From the NCBI GenBank assembly GCA_018398765.1, contig JAHBMJ010000206.1, forward strand, positions 1-54,171: a stretch of DNA of 54,171 bases, read 5' to 3'. Both the position numbers and the translations under genes were made by a program. The notes under the pieces were generated by a model. The model had not been told where the DNA came from. It worked only from the letters and a program-made list of their open reading frames with translations, and made no database searches. Positions within the stretch are counted from its first letter, which is position 1. The number at the start of each line of letters is the position of its first letter. The DNA comes from Chromera velia. Its lineage: Eukaryota. Of the stretch, positions 12,858-24,600 are shown one piece after another.

Positions 12858-13327
12858 AGATCAACGAGTGGAACTTTTCAACGGACACTCATTGCACAAA
12901 AATCAGACACGCAAGCACTCTTCTGCATGGAGCAGCAAGAAATCGAACTTTCTCATGATACATGGTCATTGTTTTTCTTGATTGTTCGCGTTTCCTCTTT
13001 CACACACAGCCAGAGACGAGCCTGACCAGAGGGCATCCTTCAGTCAGTCAGTCTGTCAGAATACATGGAGGGCTGACTGGCCTGGCTGTCCGACAGAAGA
13101 AGCGAGAGAGGGAGGGGAAGGGAAAGCAAGGGAAAGATGCGAGGGAAGAGAGGGAGGGAGGCAAAGATGCGTGCCCAGAGAATTCAAGCAGACAGGCAGG
13201 CAGTCGCAGGAGAGGAGGGACAGATGACCAGTCAACCGATCCCCTTCAGAAGTCTTCCTCACCGCTCACGCTGCCTCCTTTCATATCTACAGGGCTGGTG
13301 TTCTCCTTCCCTCCGCACTTCCACCCC
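12858..13327 (+). repeat. ~470-bp direct repeat, copy 2
   Basis: Aligns by eye to 10858-11278; the start is offset by exactly 2000 bp. Confidence 0.9.
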
Positions 13328-14560
13328 GTGACACTCCCCAAGTACTCTGTCACTGCGTTATTGCTGGTCATGCTTGCTGTCTTTCTTTTCTTTCGAACGC
13401 CGACAGGAGGCTTTTGAAGCCCTTTTTGTTGCACTTCCATTCCTTTCGGGTCTCTTCTGTTGCATGTGCTAAAATCGTCTCCATCAGCATCGGCCGAGCG
13501 GAAAGAACGCTCATGCCCGCAAGGACGAGAGAGAAAAGATCTGTGTGTGTTGGCATACAGTCTCGTGCGTCCTCCATTATTGGAGAATTTCACGGAGCGG
13601 GAGGAGAGAAAAAGGGCAGGGAAGTAGGGAGGGTGAGAGAACGAAGAGGGAGGCAGTGCATGCGAATTGACAGAATGAAGAATTATTTCTTTCCCTGCAT
13701 GGTGCGAAGCTCATGGAAGGAAGATCGACCTGTCTGACACACACCGCATCATCATGCCCTTGTGGCGAATGAAAGCAATGAATGACTCGATGCATGACGA
13801 GTAGTAACATGTGGATGAATCTGTCTCTTTCTTGTTGTGTTGTAGAACCCTTTGCTCGACTGATTGAAACACAACAAACAGAAAGACATAACGGGAAGAC
13901 TCTACACTCCGTCGTTGTTTATGCATAAGGGGAAAAAGGGACGAAAACAGAAAGGAACAGATGGGAGGGACCTCCAAGAACGCCCACCAAATTGAGGCAG
14001 AAAACATGCTCTCTCTCTCGGCTGAATTTCTTCTTCTTTCCCGTTTGCAGTGCAGCCCCCCAACAGAACTTCCTCCTGCCCTCGATTTCTCTTTTCAACT
14101 TTCCTTGTTCCCCTCTCCCCCACTCCCACAGGCACACTTTGCGTGTGTAGAGATCGTTTGAGAGAGTTGAACATTCACGCACGCACACACACAGCGAAGG
14201 AACAAATGGACAGCTAGAACGACCGACCTTAGGTCCATCACCCCTTTCACGCATCCTTTCAGATACATCTATTTCCTTTCTGCTAGCATGGGCAAAGCGC
14301 CTGAGTGAGAGCTGGAAGGAAGAATCTACTAAAAAAAAAAAGCAAAACAATTATCTGTCTGTCCTTTCAGCTCTCGCAAACCCATCCAATCCAAAATGGA
14401 GACCTTGCACTGCGTCATCTTTACATCTTGTCCTCCTTGTCGCGAAAAATTTAAAGTCGTCCTGTTGTAGGCAAAATATCAGCCAAAAAAAAAAGCGCTC
14501 CCGGGAACGGATCATCCATCCAACGGTTGCTTGCAACTGGACCTGACGGGAGGATTTTAT

Positions 14561-14595
<35 letters not shown>

Positions 14596-15750
14596 TCCTA
14601 TCGATCAACCTCCCTGGTGCTGCTGCTTCTGTGTCTGTCTGTCTGTCTGTTTCTTTTTCGAGCTAGAGCAGAGCGCTCGGTGGGGAGGAATTTGAACGAT
14701 CGATCGACAGTCAGAAAGAAGGAAGGAAGGAACCTCCAGTGATCGAGCAAGCACCAATGCACTGCAGCCAGCCTGACCAGCTTTGCTTGGCAGATTTGCA
14801 AATCGCATTGCACGAACGAAGAAATTGGCGGAGAGAAGAGAAGAGAAGAGAAGAAGAGAACACACACAGGCCATGAGAAAAGGAGGCAAGACAAGAAAGA
14901 GCTAGGGACAATGCCTGCATGGCGGATCTTCACCTCCCTGCCCGTTTTCTTTTCTGAAACCTCCATTTTCTCAAAGAGGCACAAAGAGAGGAAGGAAAGA
15001 AGGGAGAAAGGGGTGGAGAGGGAGAAAGTGAGAGAGAGAGCAGCAATCCTGAAGGATCTTCGCCGTCTTCTCCCTCAAACGACTAGAGCGAAAGGTATGA
15101 ATGCACAAAAATCAAACCCACAGGGAGAGGGAGAGAAGAGGGGGGGAGGAAGCAGGCACAAAGGCACAGACACAAACGTAAACGTAGACTCAAACGCATA
15201 GACACACACAGAGAGAGAGAGAGGGAGGGAGGGAGAAAGGGAGGGAGAGAGAGAAATAGAAGCAGAAACACGAAGAGAAAAAAAGAAAGAAGAATCATTG
15301 TTTCATCCTTTCACAGACGGTAACCGAGCTTGCCAGCTAGGCTCATAGAAGGAATCAGTGGAAGGAACAAACAGGAGAAGATCGAGCATGAAGAGAAAGG
15401 AAAGTCTGAAAGGAAGGAAGAAAGGAATGTGTTGACTTCAGCATAGGAGGGCTGAGGGAGGCTGCATGGGGAGGGGAGGATTTCTCCCTGGCTCCCTCCC
15501 GCCCTGCCTACTGGTTATCTCTCTTTTTTTCTCGGCCTGCTCAGACGGATGGATGCAAGACAAGTGAGTGAGTGAGTGAGCGGACGACTGATTCTTTTTT
15601 TTGGACAGACAGACAAACAGGCGGAGAGACAGAGAGAAAAAATGGGAAAACCGCCATCCTTCCTTCCAGATGACAGACAGGTGCGTGCGCAGCCAGACGG
15701 ACAGACAGACCCAGACATGCAGTCCTTTTTCTTCTATCGCACACACACAC

Positions 15751-15785
<35 letters not shown>

Positions 15786-16137
15786 GAGGGCGGTTCTGTC
15801 CTTTCTTCATTTTTCTGCTAGATTCTCTCAGGTGTTTTTGCTGTGCTCTGTTTGCATCTCTCTTTTTTCCGTGTCTTGGTAGAAACTTGCATGAGAGATA
15901 GCAAAAGACGCGCGGGAGGAGAGCTGACTAAAGGAGAGGAAAAGAGAAAGAGAGAAAGAAAGCAAGGAAGGAAGGAGGGACAGGTTGCTTGTGGCATCGC
16001 TGTCTTCGTTTGTTTCTTTCTGTGCTTTTGCATGGGTTGATCGGACGAGAGGCACAGGACGGCTGGACCACATGGCAAGTGAGCACACACTCACGGATGA
16101 ATACACACGCGCACCGTAAAGGTGTTACCGCCTCTCC

Positions 16138-16171
<34 letters not shown>

Positions 16172-16837
16172 TGAATGCATCAAGAGGGAATAAATGGAGA
16201 ATTCATACGAGAAGAAACCAACAGACACACAGGAAGGGCCCGACCGTCCGTTCCATTCTCCTCGACCTCCAGCCTAGCAAGACCAGCATAACACATCATG
16301 ACGGGGCCGAGCAGAGAGCAAAATCCAACCAACCGCCCGACAGCTGGGTGGGTGGGTGATTTTTCGCTCCTTCTTTTTCTCTTGGCTCGTTCTGTTTGCT
16401 GTTTTTTTTCTGCCCCCCCCCCTTTTTTTGTGGCCCAGAAAAACCAGAAACACGCACGCGCACGTATTTGTTGACCCACCCTCCCAACGCTCACTTCCGT
16501 TCTCGAAAACAGAAGAAAGAAACAAAGAACCAGAAAACGAGCTACAGACCTTGCAAGCACAGGGCAGGCATGCATGCATGAATGGGGACCGACAGGGAAA
16601 AAAGAGGCCGACGCATCAAGACTGAAAAGGGAGACAAGGACAGACTGGATGAGCATCAGTGCGCGCGTCTTTCCTTCCCCTCCCTTCCCTTCCGTGCGCA
16701 CCTTCCGTGCGCACATTCGATATTTCATCCGTCTCATGTGTTTCCTTCAACGAACTTGCCTTTTCAATTTGATAAGCAAGACGCGATCACAAGGAAGAAA
16801 ACAAGGCCTTTCTCCACATGAAGCGGCGCTCGCTCGC

Positions 16838-19800
16838 TCAGTGGGTCTGGGCGGGCGCGCAAAGGGCAAAGTAGGGGAACCAGCCAGACCTCTGTTCCCC
16901 CCCACCCCCACGCCCCCCCTGCACCGAGACAGAGACAGGGGAGACCGCCGTCCCAAAGCACCAACCACTGTCCTCCACCCTGTGCACAGTCACATGGTCA
17001 CCTGCAGAGTCAGGCACGATCATACGAGAATCTCTATGTGCATGCATCTATCTGTGACCGTGTCCGTGTGCCCTTCTACGTATTTTTCTATCAGTCAAAG
17101 GAAGAGACGTGTGGGCTTGTCGGGAACACAAATAGAGAAGACTGTGAACCGATCGGATCTGTCCCAATGACCAGACTGAAAAAGGGGAAAGTCGAAGAAA
17201 AGACAGAAAGAAGAAGCGACGCGAACGATCAGATGGAAAAAGATGAAGGGGCAGTAAGTAAAACAGTGCATGCATGCAGGGAGGGAGGGAGGGAGGGCAG
17301 AGACACGCGTGGGAAGGGAAGCAGGGAACGTCAAGAGAGGGAGGAGGGCTGACCGGAAACGATGGAGATCTCGTTGGTGCTCCCGGTGCTGTGGGGCGTG
17401 AAGGCGATGTACGGCACCCCGACCTCTATCGCGTGTAGCGTTCTGCGAGACGGTACAACAGATGCCTGCTCCTGTTGCTGCTCCTGCTGCTGTGTTCCTG
17501 CCTGTGGCTGCTGCCCCGGTGATGAGTGGGCTGCAGTCAATCGGTGATGAGTGGGTGGTTGCGGCTGGTAGGTTGCCATTGCGCCCATCGGCTGAGGCTG
17601 GGCTCTCGCTACTGGGGCCTGGCGCGTTGCCCCATGCACCGACTCTGGCTGGTAGGCTGCCGGCATCGGTGTTTGTTCGTGCGTGGCCGTGGGGTCGTAG
17701 ATGGAGACCGAGACCGGGAGCTGTCCTCCTTGCAGTCTTGCCTGCTGGAGGTCTGGGAACGCAGGCTGGTGCTGAGGCCTTTCTTGTTCCTGTCGTTGGC
17801 CCCAGTGTTGTTGCGGGTGGTTCGGGAGAGAAGAGAAGGACACGGTGACCCCACCGCACGAGGGGTCGGGAGGGTCGGGGGGACGGGAGGATGCGGGACA
17901 TTGGCGGCCTGTTGCGGCAGATCCGTTCGAGAGGTGCGGGCTGGCTACTGGAGCGGGTGCGTGAGAATAAGGATGGTGGTGCGGATGTCGTACGTAGGTC
18001 TCGGGTAAAAGGGGGGCGGTCTGGGTAGAAGTATGTGTGCCTAAGTGCTGCCCCAACCCCCGTACCTGCGTTTCTCTTTCGGAAGCAGGTGGGGCTACTG
18101 GGGTAGTGACACACGGAGGGGAGCCGGAAAGCGATACGGAGCTGGGATCAAAGATGTGTCCCTGCAGCTGAGGTGGCGGTGTGACTAGGAGAGGACGACT
18201 CTGCGGCTGCGGCTGCGCCTGTGTCCGTCTCTTTTGAGTGGAAGGAGAGGCGGCGGCATCCACCGGCAGGGGGTAGGAGGCCATGCAAGCTGAGGGGAAA
18301 ACAGGCTGCGGCAGTCTTCCGTTCTCGGCCTCAGCAGCCATTGGAAAGGGATCGAACCCCCCGTAAGGCTGCTGAGGGGCAGCAAATCGGTGGTCATCTG
18401 GATTCTGATTCTGGCTGACACGCAAACACGATGAGGGGAGGGCGCCAGTGGAAGAAGACGACGATCCACTCACCTCCCTTTGGTATCCCTCCCTTGGAAT
18501 TGTCAACCCACAGCCTGAAGAGCCGCCTGCCTGCTGCTGCTGCTGCTGCTGCTGCTGCACCTGGGGTATGGCTGTCCCTCTCCTCTCTACGGCCGTCGGA
18601 CCCCCCATACCGTCTCCCGAGGAGCTGTCGTCACTGGTGCCGGGACTGATCGAATGTGTCGGCTGGGCACCTGACGAGCTGCGCGGCTGCCGTCCCCCGC
18701 TTCTCATCACAGCCCCTGCCCCTCCTCCGGATGACGTGGTGTCGTCACTTTCCCCCGGACTGGGCGCAGTGGAAGGCTGCGCAGTGCCACCCCCAGAGGA
18801 GCTGAAGGGCTGCTGCTGCGTTCCTGTCTCCCCCCTCTCCCCGGACCCGTTCCCTGAGGAGGAAGCCTTGCTTCCCGGCTCGTCCGCCGACACTGTCGAC
18901 ACGCGAGAACGACGGCCCTTCTTACTCTGGCAACTGCCGCACACACAGAGCTCGCGCTGCTTTGCAAGCTCTGCCTCAGCTTTCGCAAGTCTTGCCTGCA
19001 ATCATGTGCGTGGATTTGCAAAATGATATTTGTTTGTGATAAATGCAAAACCGATTGAACTGATGGAAAGGAAGCTGTAAGAATTCATTCATTTGCTCGA
19101 CCTAACCATGCCGTATGCTTTCGCTTCATTCTCTTTTCCCAGGCGAGCTCACAGGTATGGGTTCACTTTGCATATCCGAATCGGAAGCCGTTACCTCTTC
19201 GCCCTCTCGCTTTCTCCCACTCCCTCGTCTCGGTTGCTCTTTCTTTCTTTCTTTCCGTCTTGTACGCACAAAACGCACAGCGGGGCAGATACCCAGGGGT
19301 GATGGAGGACATACGGCACTCGCAATGATTCGCTTTGACTTTAGGAGAGCAGTAACACACATTCAAGAAAAGACAGGGAGAGAGAGGCAAGAAAGGAAGC
19401 AGCCGTGCAGGAAGAAGGGACTGACCCTGAGTGCATCTGCTTGACTCTGGAACGTGCTCTTCTGGAGGTCTGCCAGGCACTTACTCACGAACGGGTGTGC
19501 CGTGCCTGAGTCCTCCGTGTTCGCCGAGTACAGAAACTGACGGGGAACCGAGACCACCGTCCAGGTGCTGCAGGCAGGCAGGCAGGCAGACAGGAAGCCA
19601 GGGAGCAGCGTACAATGTTGACACCTCTGCTCATTCGCAAGCCGAGAGACCGTCTACAAATTTCAGAGAGGATGGAGTGTATGAAGCTGACAAAGCAAAC
19701 TCAGACTTGGAAAGGAGGGGGAAAGAGAAATGAGCTTTGAAAACGATTCACTCTATGTGACTCTGGCGGTCCCGACGGAAACATTCCCTTCTCACTGCCT

Positions 19801-20121
19801 GTGTGAATCTCTTGAAAGGAGAAATCTCAAGGACCCGCGTTTGCTTCTTGCAAACGAACGAGCAAGCCAAAGAGAAAATTAACAAACCAACCCAGCTAGC
19901 TCTCTTTGACGCAACCAACCAACGAACCATCTGTGTAGGCCTCCAGAGTTTGGGTACGGGTCGATGTCGCGTTTGAGGAGGAACTGAGGCACTCCCACGT
20001 TGCCAGCCTTGATGTCATAGATGATCTTGGGGTCCTCAACACCTCTGCCGAGTTCTCGCAGTTTCTCCTCCCTCGCTTCCTTCTTCCGATCTCTTCTGTT
20101 CATAAAAGGACGTCCTGTCAT
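16838..20121 (-). CDS. 713-aa protein: short N-terminal domain, coiled coil, long Q/S/P/G-rich linker, C-terminal SH3 domain (4 exons)
   Basis: Exons 20121-19928, 19567-19426, 18995-17354 and 17001-16838; all introns GT-AG and phase-consistent (2142 nt). Junction 2 gives a continuous helix QADALR|ARLAKAEAEL. Junction 3 completes an SH3: YIAFTPHSTGSTNEISIVS|GDHVTVHRVEDSGWCFGT...RSGWFPYFAL. Confidence 0.8.
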
Positions 20122-20499
20122 TTTCACAAAACATTTACAGCATAAATACGGATCTGTTTGCAAGTGCAGCTTGACCGCTACTGCACGGAACGACTTGCTG
20201 ATGCAAATTGACAAACGGAGAAGCTGATCATTAAAGAGACACGGCCGACAGAGACAAGACGGTCGCAGCGACAGAAACAACACTGTCGTCGAAAAGAGAC
20301 ACGCTGCTGGGAAATATATAGAGTTGGTGTAAAGACAGATACTTCCGGACTATCATTCGACTTGCGCAAAACTCTGACTGCTTGGTCTGAAGTCCTTCTT
20401 GAATGAATCTGCTGTCCACAGAAGAGGGGTTCAAGAGGACACTTTTCGAATTCATGCTCACACGCGCTCAATTATGCATGAGACCAAGCCTGCATGCAT

Positions 20500-20760
20500 C
20501 TAAGATTTAGCCCTCGTGCAGGCTGAGCCCGCGAATGCCCCCGCGGTGGCCGGGCGGCGCAAAAAAAAAAAAATTAATTTAAAAAAACATATCGGTTCGG
20601 CCCCGGAAAGTTCACAAAAATCAACGGAAGTTCGCTTTCCGGGGCGGCGGGGCATGCATAATCAACGCCAAAGTGCCCCGGACGGCGTTTCGCAAAAGTT
20701 TCGCTCCGCCGTTCGGGACCTCAGTTTGAACCGAATGCGTGCGTCAACTTTTTCCTAGCT
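20500..20760. promoter_or_regulatory. GC-rich hairpin-forming element in the probable bidirectional promoter between the SH3 gene and the secreted-protein gene
   Basis: Lies between head-to-head ATGs at 20121 (-) and 20918 (+). Contains a perfect 11-bp inverted repeat (20600-20610/20635-20645), a second stem (20677-20687/20707-20717), a poly-A tract and GCATGCA. Confidence 0.45.
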
Positions 20761-20917
20761 CTGTACTCTTTGCGCCTCCTGTCATCTCCTGTCACCCATT
20801 GTCACCCTTCTTCCGCGCTACGGCCCCTCTACTTTTGTATTGATATGTGTGAAGTTGTCCCTCTGATCCGTCTGGCCGTGCATCCCTTCCTGTGATCGAG
20901 GCTGGTCGGGTGTAGAT

Positions 20918-22761
20918 ATGAGCCCCGCAACAAAAAGCAGCTTCTTTGGCTGCAGTCTGTGGAGAGGGTGTCTCTCCAGAGTGCCTCTTTACTCCTTCGT
21001 GCTTGCGCTGCTTGCCAGTGCTCCTGAAGGTAGGCTCTCCATTTCTCATACTGACTATGGACGCCACAGGCGAACAACACGATGCAGCTTTGGTGGTAAC
21101 TAACGAGGGTTCAGTTTTGTGCTTTTTTATACACCCTGTGCGTGGTGCAGGATCGTCGCACCTTCGTCACGATGAGGCTGCGCGCAGGGAGCAATCAAAG
21201 TTCCTTTGCGAGGATGGAGACGGCAGCTTGAAGGGGGTTCCTTCCCCTCACTGCACAAAGGAAGGGGAGACGACCTCATACCTCAACAGCCGTCTCCTGC
21301 CTGGAGGAGGGGGGCTTCTCGTGCGCGTGGCTGACGAGTTCTACTTCACACACGACAACGGAGGGATTGACTGCACACCCGTATCGTACCTCTCGGCAGA
21401 CACAGAGGTTCCCTATGCCGTCTGGCATGCTCCATGGTGCGCTGCTCGAGGCAGACTGCTATCATAAGAGGCTCTGTATAGTGTGCGCGAGAGAAAGGGG
21501 GCGGGGGGGTTGTATGTGAGCATCCATACAATTATAGAGGCACCTTGAGAATCTAAGATCATTTCTGCCCCGGCTCACCATCAGGTTCTCGCCCCAGCAG
21601 TCTCTTTTCTTCATGCAGTCTCTCTCTGCCCTTTCTTTCTTACTCTGGTGCTTGTTATTCCGATGCCACTGACGGGTTCGTTTTTTTGCTGCCCTTCCCT
21701 GCCTTTTGTACCTGGATGCGTCAGTGTCTGATGTGTGTAGACGCGTCCGTCGAGGCGTGTGTCCTCTCTGCAGAGCCGGAAGACATGGTGTGGAAAGAAG
21801 AAAAAGAGTCATGAAACAAAGCCGATACACCTTCACATTGAATTGCATATCCAAAAACACCGGTATGCACACAGCATCACATATGTACTAGCTGCGTTTC
21901 GATCCTCCTTACCTGCGTGCATGCAGGTATTTCAAAGAGGCCATGCGGAACGAGACGCGGGAGCTGGTGTACTCGGACCCCCACTGTCCCTCTGCAGCCT
22001 CCACCTGGGCCGCCTGCCCTCCCGATGAGTCAGTCAGCCAGGCAGGCAGGCAGACAGGCAGTCGGTGGTCCAGTCAGTCTCGTCTCTTGTGGTGCCCATG
22101 CTTTTGTTGCTGTGTTGCCTTCCCTTTCTCTTCCTTTCTCTCGTACTCTGTGTGTGTGCGTGTGTGGTGTGTGTGGTGTGTGTGGTGTATGGTGTGTGTG
22201 TTTATGTGTGCGTGTGTGCGCGTGCTTGTGCACATCTGTTGATCGACGTGCACTTATGTACAAAAATGCGCGTCTGCAGGTCTGTCGGTCTGGACCCTCC
22301 GAAACGCAGTGCAGCTGTGGGGTGGGATTTTCCTGTTGTGACTTCCGTGATAGGAAAAAGATTCGAGGAAGGGGACAGCCGGGTGAGACCGTCTGCCTTG
22401 TATTCCCACGACTCCAACAGCTGCAATGACGCTTATGCTGACAGGGAGGGGAGGGAGGTGGACAGCTTCTGGGGGAGACACCCGAAGACCGGACAGGGGT
22501 GTCGGATGGGCATTAGCTCGGACGGGGGTTTTGAGTGGGCTGGAGATTTGTGCTGTGCCCCTGGTGGTAAAGGAAAGGGAAAGGGGGGCGGAGAGAGAGT
22601 ATTGGAGGGGCACCGTTGCCTGACTCGACTGGAGAGGCAGTGCGAGTGCGAGTGGGAGTTTGGGGGACCCGAGGGCGACTGGAAGCTGTGGGTTGAGCAC
22701 TACATCAGATTCAGGGGGTCCAACGAGGGCAAATTCTGGAAGAAGGAGTGGCAGAAATATT

Positions 22762-22792
<31 letters not shown>

Positions 22793-23887
22793 AAGCCTGT
22801 GTGTCTCTGCGTCTTTCTGTCTGCCTGTCTATCTGTCATTCTGTCCATCATTCTGAAAGGAAAAAAGCAAGACAGAAGAAAAAAAGAAGTCATACTGTGT
22901 GTCTGTGTCCGTCTGCAGACCTGGCTATCTGTTGGTTTCCTCCCACTGCTGCGGGGTTTGAGGCGTTGACGTCTCTTCAGAACGAACTCTACAGACAGAG
23001 GGACCGACTAGATGACCACACAATTGCAGGGGGGTACAATCACTGGGGGGTCCGGAGGTGGTCAGTCAGTCAGCGTTGCATTCAATCTTGTGGTTTTCTT
23101 TCTTCTTTCGCGTGCGCATGGAAAGAACGTAACGTGTCTGGAGGTGGGGGAACTAGTTTTGTTTTGCCTGATCTTAGGTAAAAGAGGAGGAAGAAGGAGA
23201 AGAAAAAGGAGGAGGACAAGGACAATTTCTTTCTTGCTGCTATCTCATGTGATTCCGTCCCTCAGAAAGGAAGTCTCTCGCGCGCTGTTGCGTCACTCGC
23301 TCCCCCTAGCTACGAGGTAGAGTGATAGAACAAAGAAAAGAGAACAGAAGACAGCCTTTCACAGGTGGGGTGCACAGTGTATGCACGAATAATTCAATGA
23401 ACCCCATCCTGCAACTCTGCCTGCCTGCAGGTGGGGTTGGAACGAAGTAGCTGCCCCTCGCGATGTGGCAGACCCCTCTCTTTGGGACGCCCTCGCGATC
23501 AAGTTGCCTCCAGGAGCAGACAACCTGCACAGCCTGAGCAAGAATGCCCAGAGGAAGCTGCCCCTCCTTCTGCGCAGCGTCTTTCTCACAGTCAGACAGG
23601 GGATGCAGTGGAAGGAGAAGGCGGAGGACTTGGAGACCTTTTCTGGGGGTCTTTTGGGTTCAATGGATTGGCATCTGCCTGTGTTGGTAATGAGGGAAGT
23701 GCAGAGGGAAGGGGAGAAAGAGGGCGTTTTTCGTCGTGAGTTCTTCTGTCAGACGTTTGACCTTGATTGGGCGGTTTTGAGGTTTCACGAGCAGACGCAG
23801 AAGTGCGTGTTGTGTGAGAAGGGCGCGAGGGGGTTCTCTTCCTGCATGGAAATGGAGCTCGAAAGGCAGAACATCTCATACTCATAG
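20918..23887 (+). CDS. 527-aa putatively secreted Cys/Trp-rich protein of unknown family (6 exons)
   Basis: Exons 20918-21029, 21151-21436, 21927-22028, 22280-22764, 22919-23060 and 23431-23887; all introns GT-AG and phase-consistent (1584 nt). Exon 1 encodes a hydrophobic stretch (VPLYSFVLALLASA) like a signal peptide. The body is globular with motifs TTSYLNSRLLP, LYSHDSNS, QCEC, WKLWV, NLAICW, LQNELY, WWGWNEV, WDALAIKLP and REFFCQ. Confidence 0.85.
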
Positions 23888-24268
23888 GGGTAGAAGGACG
23901 GAAGGAAGATGTGCCTCATTACAATTATGGCGACAGAAGGGAGAAAAGGCGGGGGAGAGAATGTGTCAATGAGAAGAGGACTTGCTCGGACAAGAAAGAG
24001 ATCTCGATCTTTTGAAAAGCAGAATGACCGAAAAACCGCAGCCTAACAAAAAGGGTGAAAAACAGCAGCAGGAGGAGGAAGAAGTCGAGTGAAGAGAAGG
24101 AAGGCATTGGTCGGACGGCGAGCATGTCTACCTTTTCTTCGTTGTCCCTTTCTGTTCGGTTGCAATATGTCGGAATGTTTCTGCAACTCGTGCAACGCAA
24201 ACCGGATCGTATCTCGTTTTCGCCTGAATCTTTCTTGCATCTCATTCGTTCTTCTTTCCCTCCCTGCC

Positions 24269-24299
<31 letters not shown>

Positions 24300-24506
24300 G
24301 GCTTTCTTTCTATCTCTCTGTACGCGATCCAATTCAACTTAATCTTTTTTGGATGAATTCTTTTCTTTTGTCCGTCTCCACTGTATTTTTCTTCTTCCTG
24401 GTGGGTGAAAGTATGCGACGGTCGGGGGTTCATGCGCTGCACGATCCGGCGTTAATTCGACTGCATGAAATAGATCTCAAATTTTGGATTGACTGTTGTG
24501 ACTGCA

Positions 24507-24583
<77 letters not shown>

Positions 24584-24600
24584 TGGTGGTAGTGGTGGTG
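24507..24600. repeat. (GT)n followed by (GGT)n microsatellite
   Basis: Visible directly. Confidence 0.9.

Noticed and set aside
17095..19026. Overlapping alternative-frame and antisense ORFs over the large SH3-gene exon
   Set aside because: Shadow ORFs of GC-rich low-complexity coding sequence.
19195..19338. Possible extra in-phase exon in the SH3 gene
   Set aside because: Weak AAG acceptor and purine-repeat content; the direct 19426-to-18995 join gives a better continuous coiled coil.
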